Shown here: in pieces, positions 29,726 to 39,615 of the stretch
How the letters are laid out: the number at the start of each line of letters is the position of its first letter
How positions within the stretch are numbered: the first letter of the stretch is position 1
Notes under the pieces: model-generated
What the model was told of the DNA's origin: nothing
What the model saw: the letters and a program-made list of their open reading frames with translations, nothing else
The model's database searches: none
Program-made: the position numbers and the translations under genes
NCBI GenBank assembly: GCA_965248575.1
Contig: CBDFJQ010000002.1
Coordinates: 3,072,001 to 3,136,000 of the forward strand
From: Planctomycetota bacterium
GTDB lineage: Bacteria > Planctomycetota > B15-G4
Length of the DNA stretch: 64,000 nucleotides
Direction: 5' to 3'

Positions 29726-31169
29726 TCCGACCGCGGACAGCGTGTATCAGGTGCTGGATGTCCTGCCGCGGGAAAGCGCGGAAGAGCAGGACTCCAACGA
29801 AGTAGGCCACGGCACCCAAGAGCATCGCGGGGATGAGGCCGAGGAAGGGGTAGGGCATCAAGGCCAGCATCATGATCACGCCGGCGGCGCCCACGCGTGC
29901 AGCGATCTTGCTGGAGCTCGCGTCGAGAATGCCCTTCGGCAGCAGCTTGATGGCCACGACCATCATGAAGATCTCCGTGAACAGCGTCGCCAAGGCCGCG
30001 CCGTAACCGCCGTTGCCGAAGCGGGCCTGGGTGTAGGGAATCAACACGAGGTTGAGCACCGGATTGAGGGCGGCGGCACTGATCGCTGCGATGGACCACT
30101 GCTTCTGCTTGTCATTAGCGATCAGCACCGACCCGAGCACCACGTCGATGCACACGAAGATCATGCACAGGCCGAAAATCTGCAGGTTGGCGACGCTGTG
30201 GTGGAACTGCTCAAGGCCGAACAGCAGCTCGACCACCGGACGTGCCACCAGCGTCATGCCCAAACCGATGGGCACGGCCACCAAGAGCATGAAATTCAGG
30301 GTGCGGCGCGTGGCCTGGTTGGCTCCTTCGCCAGGCTCCGAGAACTTGCGGGCAATCGCCGGGAAGACCGAGGTCATGAAGATGTTGGGGACGAACAGCA
30401 GGGTTCCGTAGAGACGGAAGGCCGCGCCGTACCAACCCACCACATCGTCACCGGCCATCGATGTCAGCATGAGCACATCGATGCGCACGTAGATCTCGCC
30501 GAAGACGATCCAGATCAGGAAGGGCGCCGCACCCACAACGAGACGACGCATGACCGCACGATCGAACTCAAGTTGGAAGGGGACCGAGCGATACAGGACG
30601 ACACCGGTGCAGACAGTGCTCGCCACGGTGCCGATCAGATGCATCCAGGCCACGGCCACCAGGCCGTACCCGGCCATCAGCACCCACACCGAGCCCACCG
30701 TCACGAGCAGCTTCTCGATCACGAGCGCGAACGCCGGGCCCTTGCCGCGTTGCTCTGCCTGCAGGTAGGCGGAGAAGGTTTGCCCGAAGCTGCCGATCAG
30801 GAAGGAGAGGCCGATGATGTCCGTGGCCAGGACGGCTTCGGGCTGGACGTCCATCCAGCGCACCGAGAGCATCATCAGGGCGTAGACCACCAGGGCCAAA
30901 GCAGCCTTGACGCTCATGGCATTGGCCAACAGCTTCGGGCCGCGCTCTGGGTCCTTGGCCACTTCCTTCATCAGGAAGGTGTTGATGCCCAGGTTCAGGA
31001 AGATGGACGCGATCAGCGAGAAGGAGATCGCGAAGAACAGCCGGCCAAAGCCTTCATCCCCGAGGTAGCGCGGCAGGTAGATCAGGAGCACCCAGGCGAA
31101 CACCCAGGTGATGGCCTGGCTGCCAGCCTGGAAGGCGGCGTTCTTGAGAACGCGACTGGTCAAGGACAT
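29718..31169 (-). CDS. wzx: Polysaccharide repeat-unit flippase (Wzx)
   Basis: About 12-14 TM helices; KNAAFQ, PRYLG.EGFG, RIDVLML, VGWYGAAFR, GYGAALAT. Confidence 0.92.
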   Translation of the reverse strand: MSLTSRVLKNAAFQAGSQAITWVFAWVLLIYLPRYLGDEGFGRLFFAISFSLIASIFLNLGINTFLMKEVAKDPERGPKLLANAMSVKAALALVVYALMMLSVRWMDVQPEAVLATDIIGLSFLIGSFGQTFSAYLQAEQRGKGPAFALVIEKLLVTVGSVWVLMAGYGLVAVAWMHLIGTVASTVCTGVVLYRSVPFQLEFDRAVMRRLVVGAAPFLIWIVFGEIYVRIDVLMLTSMAGDDVVGWYGAAFRLYGTLLFVPNIFMTSVFPAIARKFSEPGEGANQATRRTLNFMLLVAVPIGLGMTLVARPVVELLFGLEQFHHSVANLQIFGLCMIFVCIDVVLGSVLIANDKQKQWSIAAISAAALNPVLNLVLIPYTQARFGNGGYGAALATLFTEIFMMVVAIKLLPKGILDASSSKIAARVGAAGVIMMLALMPYPFLGLIPAMLLGAVAYFVGVLLFRAFPRQDIQHLIHAVRGRSA

Positions 31170-32701
31170 GAAACAACCTCCGATTCCTGGTTCACGTCCC
31201 CGGGGTGCGGGTCCGTGCAGGTGAGCCCCTGCCGCTTGTTTCGCAGTGCCTCCTTATGGATCGGCACCATCATCGCCAGCAATGAGCCCAGATAGATCAT
31301 GTTGCGGTAGAAGGTCAGCTGGAGGTCGTAGTAGGCGACGATCACCTGGCAGACCACGAACACCACGCACATGACCAGCAGACACTTGTAGAGCGGCCGC
31401 GTGGTGTGCCTGAAGTCGATGGTCAATTGGATGACCATCAGCCCGAGACACATGAAGAACATGGTGATCCCGATGAAGCCCGTCTTCACCCACATCCACA
31501 GGATGCAGTTGTGGGGGATGTACTCCCAGAGCGGGAAGTCGACGGCATCCAGCGGCATGATGATCAGGTACTTGTTGCCGAAGCCGATACCTGCCGGATA
31601 GGTCCGGATCGTCTCTATCAGATTGAACTTCTCAACATCACGGTAGGTATTACTCGAGTCGACCTCACCGCTGGCGTCCTCGCCGAACACAGAACGCACC
31701 TGCTGCACCGGCATGGCCAGGCCGCTCGAGGAGTCCCAAAGCACGGCAAAGTAGAGCGCCATGACCGGGAGCATCGGCAGCACCGTGTTGACGAAGATCA
31801 TCTTGGTGCGCTTCGGCAAGTACAGGAACAACATGATGATGCCGAAGACCAAACAGCCGTAGGCGATACGGCGCTGGGCATAGATGAAGGTGATGAAGGT
31901 GGTGGGCGCCGTCAACGCGGTGTAGAGCGTCATCGACATCGGCCCTCGGAACATGACCAGCGAGAGGCTGAACACGAAGGACGTCATGATGAAGACGGCG
32001 CCCTCGTGGCTGGTGATGGCGTGGATGTCCCCGATGTCGAACCCAAGGTCCACGGCCCAACGCCAGACCCCTTGAAAGCCCTTGATGGAGACGGGGATCA
32101 GGATGCACCAGGTGTTGATCAACACTTGCCTGAAGGTACGGATGATCTGCGAACCCACGAAGAAGGCGATGCCCATGTAGAACAGTGCGCGCACTTCCCA
32201 GAGGGCGATGTTGATCACGCCGCCGCGACCGATGCCCATGGCCATGAACGTGGCGAACATCAACATCAAGGCAAACATCGGCCCTTGCAGCGGGCTGGAT
32301 TGGAAGCGGATCTTGCGGGTCACCAGACCCGTGACGAACCACGAGGCGCCCACGGTTCCGAGCAGCACCTCCACCGGGTTGGTGGGCAGCGGAATGCCAA
32401 TGGAGTTGTTGAAGTTCTCGAAGAAAGGCACCTGCAACGTCAGCGGCGTAGACACACCGAAGATCTGGTATTGCTCGAACAACAAGGTGCAGAAGAGCAG
32501 CATCGAGAAGGTGGCCGACGGATGCGTGACGATGGCCAGCATCACGCCCAGGCCGATAGGCAAGGCCACGGGGAACAGGATGTTGCCGTTGGAAATCCAG
32601 GCCACGACGCCCACGAGCATCCCACCCAAAGCCATGATGAGACCCCGGACCGCCATCTGCGGCCACTGGTCTTGCAGGTCATGGGTCCAGGTGGCTGACA
32701 T
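31160..32701 (-). CDS. wzy: O-antigen ligase/Wzy-type polysaccharide polymerase
   Basis: Multi-TM protein; QRR, large periplasmic loop with S..YR, GIGFG and PHN motifs. Confidence 0.8.
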   Translation of the reverse strand: MSATWTHDLQDQWPQMAVRGLIMALGGMLVGVVAWISNGNILFPVALPIGLGVMLAIVTHPSATFSMLLFCTLLFEQYQIFGVSTPLTLQVPFFENFNNSIGIPLPTNPVEVLLGTVGASWFVTGLVTRKIRFQSSPLQGPMFALMLMFATFMAMGIGRGGVINIALWEVRALFYMGIAFFVGSQIIRTFRQVLINTWCILIPVSIKGFQGVWRWAVDLGFDIGDIHAITSHEGAVFIMTSFVFSLSLVMFRGPMSMTLYTALTAPTTFITFIYAQRRIAYGCLVFGIIMLFLYLPKRTKMIFVNTVLPMLPVMALYFAVLWDSSSGLAMPVQQVRSVFGEDASGEVDSSNTYRDVEKFNLIETIRTYPAGIGFGNKYLIIMPLDAVDFPLWEYIPHNCILWMWVKTGFIGITMFFMCLGLMVIQLTIDFRHTTRPLYKCLLVMCVVFVVCQVIVAYYDLQLTFYRNMIYLGSLLAMMVPIHKEALRNKRQGLTCTDPHPGDVNQESEVVSCP

Positions 32702-32710
32702 CGTCCGGCC

Positions 32711-32845
32711 CTAGAAGGTCAGGTACGCGAAGACGGTGTTGGCCAGGCACAGCACGGCATACGCGCCGACTGTCCAGCGGTTCAGTTCCTTGGCCTTGAA
32801 GGCGAACATGAATGTGATGAACGCCCAGAGAAAGATCATCTTCAT
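32711..32845 (-). CDS. 44-aa two-TM small membrane protein (not in ORF track)
   Basis: MKMIFLWAFITFMFAFKAKELNRWTVGAYAVLCLANTVFAYLTF*; AGGAG RBS upstream of ATG; fills the gap between the kinase-like gene and wzy; GC3-rich codons. Confidence 0.8.
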   Translation of the reverse strand: MKMIFLWAFITFMFAFKAKELNRWTVGAYAVLCLANTVFAYLTF

Positions 32846-32854
32846 GGCACTCTC

Positions 32855-33616
32855 CTACATGAACTTCTGGAGCCAACCCGGGAGCCAGCGTTCGTGGTCG
32901 TTGCAGGCCACACCCAGGAGCGGTAGATCGATGAAGGCGCGGTAGTAGGGCGCGAGGTCGGAGCGCTTCGTCTTGCCGAGCCGGACCACGGTGATCACCC
33001 CGTCCACGCGCTCGGCGGTCACGCGCGCATCCACGCCCGAGTCCATGGAGGTCGTGTCGATGATCACGAAGCGCCCCATGGCCTTGAGCTGCGTGAGAAT
33101 GTCCTCCAGCCGACCGCTCTGGAGCGCCTTGGTGCTGCTGTAACCCACGTTTCCCGGTTGGATCAGGGTCAGGCCCGGGTGCTCCGTGGGGCTCAGGATC
33201 GAGGAGACCGGGTCCCCCGGCTGGAAGTCACCGAAGCCGGGGCCTGGCTCCACATTCAGCAAGGTCGCCTGGGCCGGGTCGGTGAACGCCAGATCGATGA
33301 CCGTGATGGCCAACTCCGTGTCATTCGCCATGGTCAGGGCCAGGTTGGCGGCGATCATGGATCGACCCTCGCGCCGACAGGGCGAACAGATCGCGACCAC
33401 TCCGTCCTCCCCCACCTTCTCCACCGCAGCCAGATAGAAGCTGCGCATGTGTTCGATCAGGGCGCGGACCGCAATCTGCTTCCCGCGGGGCTGCGTGTTC
33501 TCGAAGTCCTCAGGGCTCAGCACGCGATCGCGCCGGAAACCGCGCGGCATCGTGTAGCGCTGAGCGCCCAGGAAGAGGCGGGGGATCGACAGCAGCAGCC
33601 TGGTGGCAAGCATCAC
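32855..33616 (-). CDS. CpsD/CapB-family BY tyrosine-kinase homologue with degenerate Walker motifs
   Basis: CSPCRREGRSM.AANLA, VIDLA, VIIDT, DGVITVVR.GKT; position after chain-length protein. Confidence 0.85.
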   Translation of the reverse strand: MMLATRLLLSIPRLFLGAQRYTMPRGFRRDRVLSPEDFENTQPRGKQIAVRALIEHMRSFYLAAVEKVGEDGVVAICSPCRREGRSMIAANLALTMANDTELAITVIDLAFTDPAQATLLNVEPGPGFGDFQPGDPVSSILSPTEHPGLTLIQPGNVGYSSTKALQSGRLEDILTQLKAMGRFVIIDTTSMDSGVDARVTAERVDGVITVVRLGKTKRSDLAPYYRAFIDLPLLGVACNDHERWLPGWLQKFM

Positions 33617-33622
33617 GTCCCC

Positions 33623-35161
33623 CTAGGAGTGCATCTTGGGAATGGTGGCGAGAATGGCTTCGTCGAACACGAACACCATTTCCTCCTCGCGCACGATGGA
33701 CTGGTCGAGGAACTCGAAGACGAAGATCAACCCGAGCCCCATGATCAAACCGCCCATCAGACCGCCGATGACGATCATCAGCACGTTGGGCGCGTCATGC
33801 TTCAAGGGCACCTGGGCCGAGTCCAGGATCTGAAACCTGTTCTCCTGGCTCTGCAGCTCCACCTGTTGGCTCACGCGGGCGTGTTCCACCTTCGTGCGCA
33901 GCGTCTGGAACAACTCCTGGTTGATGGCCACCTCGCGTTCGATGGACTTGAGGGCCATCTCCGCCTGGGGGATCAGGGCCACCTTCTGCTCGAGCTTCTC
34001 GCTGATCGAGAGGTACTCGAGGCGTGTGAGCTGCGCCGATTCGAGATCCAACTGGGAATCCTGTAGCAGGGCCAGGATCTTCTGGAACGTCGGCGAGCGC
34101 ACCTCAGTGGTTTCCGAGGCGACATTCTCTTCCATCTCGTCTTGGCGAATCCGACCCACGGCGTCCAGGTCAGCCTTCTTGCGCAGCAGTTCCGGATGGT
34201 CCGGCTTCATGCGCACCTTCATCTCCTGGTACTCGATGCGCAGGTGCTCGAGGCGCTGCTGGATGGGCGAGATGTTCAGGAAGGAGGCCGACTCCACCAC
34301 CATCGGAGACTCCCCGCTCAGCCGATCTTCCAAGAGCCCGACCCGTAGCTCGAACTCCTTGATGTCCACGTCCGCCTTGGCGACCAGCTTCTTGTAGTCC
34401 TTGAGGTCGGACAGGTAGGCGTGGTGTCGGTCAGGCAGTTTGTCGGGGTTCTCTTCGCGGTAGATCTTCAGACGGTTTTCGGCGTGGCTCAGGTCCGCCT
34501 GGTAGGCGTCGAGCTGCTTCTGGATGAAGTCCACGGCGGAGGTTGCTTCCTTGCGGCCGCCCTCCAAGGACTTCTCGATGAAGAGCTCGGTCACCGTCTC
34601 GGTGATCTCCTTGGCCGCGACAGGGTCCCTCCAACTGACCTCGATGCTGAAGGAGTCGGCACCCACCGCGTTGGCTTTGATGCTCTCCTGCAACTTGACC
34701 AGCATGTTCTCCATCGCCATCGGATCCGCGTCGCCTTCGACGAGGTCCAGGCGGTTCACCAGCTCCGTGAGCAGGGTGTTGGAGTAGATGATCTTGTTGA
34801 AGGAGACGAGGTAGTCCGTGACACCGAGGCTCACGGCTGTCTGCCAACGGACCAGCGGGTTCAGGACCTCATCCCGCCCCAGCAGGATCGAGGTGCTGGA
34901 CTTGTAGGACTTGGGCGTCAAGGACGCCGCAAGGGCTGCGACCCCCGTGGCCAGGAGCACCGGCAGGACGATCACTCGCTTGCGGCGGAACAGGATCTCC
35001 AGCAGATACCTCAGGCTGAACCTCTGGTAGGTGGAGTCCACCCCGCTCTTGCGCACGGACGACTGCCCGACGTGCGGACCGCCCCGACGGTGACCAAGCC
35101 CACCAGCTCGCGTGGACGCGAGCTCGTGCTTCGGATCGACCTGTTCGTTCTCGTCGCTCAC
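33623..35161 (-). CDS. Polysaccharide co-polymerase / chain-length determinant (Wzz/GumC-like)
   Basis: N-terminal TM, PKSYKS, long coiled coil, HPEL, FQILDSA.VP, C-terminal Gly-rich TM, FLDQSI...ILATIP. Confidence 0.9.
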   Translation of the reverse strand: MSDENEQVDPKHELASTRAGGLGHRRGGPHVGQSSVRKSGVDSTYQRFSLRYLLEILFRRKRVIVLPVLLATGVAALAASLTPKSYKSSTSILLGRDEVLNPLVRWQTAVSLGVTDYLVSFNKIIYSNTLLTELVNRLDLVEGDADPMAMENMLVKLQESIKANAVGADSFSIEVSWRDPVAAKEITETVTELFIEKSLEGGRKEATSAVDFIQKQLDAYQADLSHAENRLKIYREENPDKLPDRHHAYLSDLKDYKKLVAKADVDIKEFELRVGLLEDRLSGESPMVVESASFLNISPIQQRLEHLRIEYQEMKVRMKPDHPELLRKKADLDAVGRIRQDEMEENVASETTEVRSPTFQKILALLQDSQLDLESAQLTRLEYLSISEKLEQKVALIPQAEMALKSIEREVAINQELFQTLRTKVEHARVSQQVELQSQENRFQILDSAQVPLKHDAPNVLMIVIGGLMGGLIMGLGLIFVFEFLDQSIVREEEMVFVFDEAILATIPKMHS

Positions 35162-35164
35162 GTG

Positions 35165-36193
35165 TTACTCGGAGCCGGTGAGCCCACTCAGCTCATCCAG
35201 GACGAAGATGGTCGAGAAGGACGGTGACAGCTGACGCAAGACGTAGTTCAGCTTGGCCAGGCCGCGCTCGGGCACGAAGATGATGTCCTCGGGCTGCAAC
35301 GGGATGTTGGCCGTCAGGGCACCGTCCTCGTAAATCTGGCGCACATCCACGGTGAAGACGCGCACCTTGTCGCCCAAGCGGCGCAGGATGCGAACCTCGG
35401 TGATCACGGCGTCCTCTGTCATGCTGCCAGCGCTGGAAAGGGCCCGGAGCAGATCCAGGCCGCGACCCACAGGCACCATGCCGGGCTTGTTGACTTCGCC
35501 GAGCACATGCACGATGCGCATGGTGTTCTCGGGCAGGAACAGGACATCGCCGGGCCGCAGACGCACGTTGAGCATCATGTTGCCGCCGCGCAGCAAGTCG
35601 TCCAGGTTGATGCGGATCACCGTGTCGTCGCCGCGCGTGATCGTCAGGCCAGAGCGGTCGGCCACGGGCGTGAAGCCCTTCGCGAGGCTCAGCGCCTGGA
35701 GCAAGGTCGCCTGGCTCTCGAGCTTGTACTCACCGGGCCAGTTGAACGCGCCGAGCAGGAACACGTTGTTGTTGTTGAACTCGTCCACGATGATCGTGAC
35801 GCGCGGATCGATGTAGTGCGCTTCCATCAGCTCTTCGAGCATCCGCGCGGCACCGTCGCGGGTGTAGCCAGCCATGGTCACGCCGCCGAAGAGCGGCAGG
35901 GTGATGTCCCCGTCGGGGCCGATGCGGTAGGTGCCACTGACGTTGGTATCACCCCACATGCGCACCTGCACCACGTCACCCGGCCCCAGCGCATATTGGT
36001 ACCGATCCAGGAGCTCATCCTCCTCCGGCAGGACCGAAGGAGGCGTCTCGATGCTCAGCACCTCCTCATTGACCACCCAATCGGACAGGGCGATGTCCTG
36101 GTGGATCAGCGGATCCTCGACACTGGACGCACAGGACCAGAGCAGGCTCGCCAACGCCAGATACAGCGGGAGTAGGGACAGGCTGATACGCAT
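35165..36193 (-). CDS. wza: Polysaccharide export lipoprotein (Wza) with SLBB domains
   Basis: Lipobox LLWS-C; YALGPGD, PDGDITLP, GEVNKPG, LRPGD, LQPEDIIFVP; start ATG 36193. Confidence 0.93.
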   Translation of the reverse strand: MRISLSLLPLYLALASLLWSCASSVEDPLIHQDIALSDWVVNEEVLSIETPPSVLPEEDELLDRYQYALGPGDVVQVRMWGDTNVSGTYRIGPDGDITLPLFGGVTMAGYTRDGAARMLEELMEAHYIDPRVTIIVDEFNNNNVFLLGAFNWPGEYKLESQATLLQALSLAKGFTPVADRSGLTITRGDDTVIRINLDDLLRGGNMMLNVRLRPGDVLFLPENTMRIVHVLGEVNKPGMVPVGRGLDLLRALSSAGSMTEDAVITEVRILRRLGDKVRVFTVDVRQIYEDGALTANIPLQPEDIIFVPERGLAKLNYVLRQLSPSFSTIFVLDELSGLTGSE

Positions 36194-36493
36194 CGATCTC
36201 GCTCTCTCTCTGTGCCGGAGGTCCATCGTGGACCCAGTCGGCGAGCAGGATTCCTCGCTCGCCTATCGGTCTCGGGGCTCGCAGGGGTTGAGCAGCAACA
36301 CATGCGTAATCGCCTATGGATTCAACGTTTACGACGGTGCAGATCCATGCGTCGTGCCCAACGCCTGAGCTGGGCGGCCTTTCCATCAGGTCTCGGCGCG
36401 CGGCTGCCGATGCAAGACCACCGGTCTTTCTCGGATGGCGTGGCGGAATCAGCCCGCGCCTCCCGCAGCCCAGCCCTCGCACCTGTTCACGCC

Positions 36494-37300
36494 ATGGTCC
36501 TTGCAACGCAAACCCAACCGGCCGCCGAAGAGCGCCTTCCCACGGTGATCCTGGGCGGTGTCCCGGTGACCCGGCTCGGGCTCGAGCCCACCCTTTCGGT
36601 CTTCGCCGATTGGTTGCAGGACGCCGGCTCCTGTCGGCGGGTGGCCACGGCCAATCTCGACTTCCTCGAGATCGCGGCGGGGAACGACGCCCTGCGCCAG
36701 TGCCTCGCGACGGCGGACATCGTGACCGCCGACGGCGAACCGCTCATCTGGCTCTCGAAGTTGCGCGGACAACCCATCGCCGAACGGGTTGCTGGGGCCG
36801 ACTTCGTTCCCATGCTGGTGAGCGAGGCCGCACGACTCGGCAAGAGCGTCTACTTCCTCGGAGGCGAAGACGGAGTGGCCGAGGAAGCCATCGCCGTCCT
36901 GCGCGAGCAGGACCCCGGGCTGAAGGTCGCTGGGCACTCGTCACCGATGGTCGACCTGGATGACGAAGCCGCCTGCCAAGCCATTGCCGACGACGTCGCA
37001 GCCAGCGAGGCCGACCTCGTGCTGGTGGCCTTCGGTTGCCCCAAGCAGGATCTCTTCATCGAACGCTATGTCGACCGCATGCAGTGCCGGATCGCCGTCG
37101 GCGTGGGCGGCACCTTCAACTTCATTGCCGGCCGCATCAACCGCGCGCCTGCCTTCATGCAGAAGTCAGGCCTTGAGTGGATCCACCGGCTGGCCATGGA
37201 GCCGCGCCGTCTCATCGGTCGCTACTACCGCGACGGCATGTGCTTCTTGCGGCTCGGAGCGACGATTATCCTGAGCCGATCATTCAGCGTCAGCTTCTAG
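36494..37300 (+). CDS. WecB/TagA/CpsF family glycosyltransferase (GT26)
   Basis: TANLD, ADGEP, ERVAGAD, VAFGCPKQD, GVGGTF, RAP..MQ.SGLEW.HRL..EPRRL.RY. Confidence 0.93.
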   Translation: MVLATQTQPAAEERLPTVILGGVPVTRLGLEPTLSVFADWLQDAGSCRRVATANLDFLEIAAGNDALRQCLATADIVTADGEPLIWLSKLRGQPIAERVAGADFVPMLVSEAARLGKSVYFLGGEDGVAEEAIAVLREQDPGLKVAGHSSPMVDLDDEAACQAIADDVAASEADLVLVAFGCPKQDLFIERYVDRMQCRIAVGVGGTFNFIAGRINRAPAFMQKSGLEWIHRLAMEPRRLIGRYYRDGMCFLRLGATIILSRSFSVSF

Positions 37301-37314
37301 GACCAGGCTGGCGC

Positions 37315-37914
37315 TCAGTAGGCCGTCTTCTGCTGGTGGCCGAAGCAATCGGCCTTGCCGTCGACCTGCACACCGCGCCCGAAGAACAACTCGCGTTCGG
37401 TGAGGTCGTCGCCGTAAAGGTGCAGGGAAATCGCGCGCTCGGTGCCCACGTTGCGCACCCGGTGCACCTCCGTGTCCTCGCCCGAATTGTCCCCGGTCAA
37501 ACCGGAGCGAACCACGCTCCGGCGGACTTCGCGTACCTGGAAAGGCGCGCTGCCATCATTCTCGATGATCGCGTAGTCGGTGAGCTCGAGCGAGCCCTCG
37601 AGAATGCCGAAGACGCACCAGGTGTCGTGATCGTGGATGGGGGTCACGGCGCCGGGCTCCCAGAGCAGGACGACCACGGTGAAGCCCAGCTCTTCGTCCG
37701 TCACCACCTGGTGCCGGCGATACTTGCCCGGGAGCCGCTTGTCCGGGTCCGACTCGCGCCACATGGCATCGAGGTCACAGCCCATGACAACGGCCTCGGA
37801 GATGGCGCGCCGCCCAGCCACGACAAACTGCTCGAAACCCTGCGCCTTGGGGCAAGCGCTCCGCAGGGACTCGGAGACGGCGGTCGTCAGGCACGTGGTT
37901 TTCTGCTCTTGCAT
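37315..37914 (-). CDS. Cysteine dioxygenase family (cupin) protein
   Basis: W.PG..TPIHDH.TWC, VHRV, ISLHLYG. Confidence 0.85.
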   Translation of the reverse strand: MQEQKTTCLTTAVSESLRSACPKAQGFEQFVVAGRRAISEAVVMGCDLDAMWRESDPDKRLPGKYRRHQVVTDEELGFTVVVLLWEPGAVTPIHDHDTWCVFGILEGSLELTDYAIIENDGSAPFQVREVRRSVVRSGLTGDNSGEDTEVHRVRNVGTERAISLHLYGDDLTERELFFGRGVQVDGKADCFGHQQKTAY

Positions 37915-37974
37915 GGCTGCGGAGTGTAGCACCGGAGGCTGGGCTGAGAAGGCCCCGCCACAACCCGGGATGAG

Positions 37975-39450
37975 CTAGCGCCGGGGACCGATGTTCGTTC
38001 GCAGGAAGTGCGAGACGTCCAACCCCGCCACCACGAGTGCCCTGAGATGGTCCATGCTGCGCACCCGCTTCAAGGACCTCCACGCGAACTTCGGCGACAT
38101 GTAGAAGCTGCGCAGGAATCGCTTCTGAACGCCCACCAGCTCTTCGGACGAAAAGTGGGTGAAGCGCCAGGGAGGGAGCCCCGGGTAGTAGCCGTAGTGG
38201 GCCCAGTCAGGGCGCCCGTCAGCCGTCAGGTCCAGGAAGTCCCGCTCCTTGCACACGTTCCAGAGCTCCGTCCCCGGATAGGGACACGCAATGGTGAAGG
38301 TCAGGAAGTCCGGCTCGATCTCCCGGGCCAGGCGGCGGGTGAGCTGCACCTCGGCCGGAGTCTCGTCCACATGGCTTCCGATCATGAGGTAGGCAGTGCG
38401 CAGGATGCCCACGCGCTTGGCCTCGGCAAACACCGTCACCACCCGATCGCGGGTGACGAGCTTCTGGTTCAGCTCCAGGATGCGCTCGGATCCGCTTTCG
38501 ACGCCGAAGTCGATCTTGTTGCAACCGGACGCCGCCATGAGTTCGAAGTGTTCGCGCTGCAATCCATCCACGCGCGCGTTGCAACTCCAGCTCAGGTTCC
38601 GATGCAGGAGACCCTCGGCGAGGTCTTCCAGGTAGCGCAAGGTGGGCGGGAAGATGTCGTCCTCGAAGTTGAGGTGGTTCACCCCGCGCGCGGTCAACTC
38701 ATCGATCTCTTCCAGCACCCGTTCGACGGAACGACGACGGATACCAGGCCGAGCCCGCTCACCCCACACCAGGTTGGTGCTGCAGAAGACGCAGCGCGCG
38801 TAGCAACCCCGTGACAGATGCACCTGCGCAGCGCGGATGCCCTTGCGCACGATGCCTGGGCTGGCCACCCCCTTCGAGCCCGCCATGCGTTCGTAGGCGC
38901 TCCAGTCCAGCAGGTCTCGGTCGAGGGGCGCGAGTTGGTCGAGATCGTCGAGCGGGTCGCGCCAACCGGTGAAACCGCCGTCCCGCAAATGCAGGCCGGG
39001 GATGGCCGACAGGCGGTCGCGACGCGTGCTCCGCCGGCCCGACTCCAAGGCATGACACAGAGCGACCAGCGACTCATCCCCCTCGCCGACACAGATGGCG
39101 TCGAGTTCGGGAATCTCGTCGAGCAGGTCTTCTGGCAGGGCCGTAGCGTGCGGGCCGCCCGCGATGGTGAAGAGGTCCGGGTTGACCGCGCGCGCTTCAC
39201 GCAACATCAGGGCCGCACCGGGAACATGGGGCGTGACCACGGACACCCCCACCAGCTCCGGCTGCCAGCTTTCGAGCGCCGGCCGCAAGGCGTGGAGGCC
39301 TCCCTCAGCCACTTCCAGGTCCAGCACCTGCGCCTCGTGCCCCCGGGCGTTCAGCTCGCTCGCCAATCCCACCAGATTCGTGGGGTGCTGCAGATTCTGG
39401 CGGCTCATGCGGCCCAGAATCGACGGCGGACGGACGAGAAGAACCTTCAC
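37975..39450 (-). CDS. Cobalamin-dependent (class B) radical SAM protein
   Basis: N-terminal B12-binding domain (GGPHAT, GEGD); SRGCYARCVFC; FEDD, GVESGS, PYPGT. Confidence 0.93.
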   Translation of the reverse strand: MKVLLVRPPSILGRMSRQNLQHPTNLVGLASELNARGHEAQVLDLEVAEGGLHALRPALESWQPELVGVSVVTPHVPGAALMLREARAVNPDLFTIAGGPHATALPEDLLDEIPELDAICVGEGDESLVALCHALESGRRSTRRDRLSAIPGLHLRDGGFTGWRDPLDDLDQLAPLDRDLLDWSAYERMAGSKGVASPGIVRKGIRAAQVHLSRGCYARCVFCSTNLVWGERARPGIRRRSVERVLEEIDELTARGVNHLNFEDDIFPPTLRYLEDLAEGLLHRNLSWSCNARVDGLQREHFELMAASGCNKIDFGVESGSERILELNQKLVTRDRVVTVFAEAKRVGILRTAYLMIGSHVDETPAEVQLTRRLAREIEPDFLTFTIACPYPGTELWNVCKERDFLDLTADGRPDWAHYGYYPGLPPWRFTHFSSEELVGVQKRFLRSFYMSPKFAWRSLKRVRSMDHLRALVVAGLDVSHFLRTNIGPRR

Positions 39451-39615
39451 GGTGGGCTTCGCACGGGGAACGGAGCGAGTGGGTGGCCGTCGCGATCATC
39501 CGCTGCGGCACACCAAGGACGCGAGGATATCAGGCGATCCTGCACGTCGCTGCGGCGGGAGTCGTCCGTTTGGGCCGGGAACTGCGTTTTCCAAGGCACC
39601 CCGAGGAGAAAACCC

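Noticed and set aside
36194..36493. ops/JUMPstart antitermination element upstream of wza
   Set aside because: No GGCGGTAG-like core found on the coding strand by eye.
39451..39615. Cobalamin riboswitch upstream of the B12 radical SAM gene
   Set aside because: Conserved B12-box and GGGAA/CCC core elements not recognisable.
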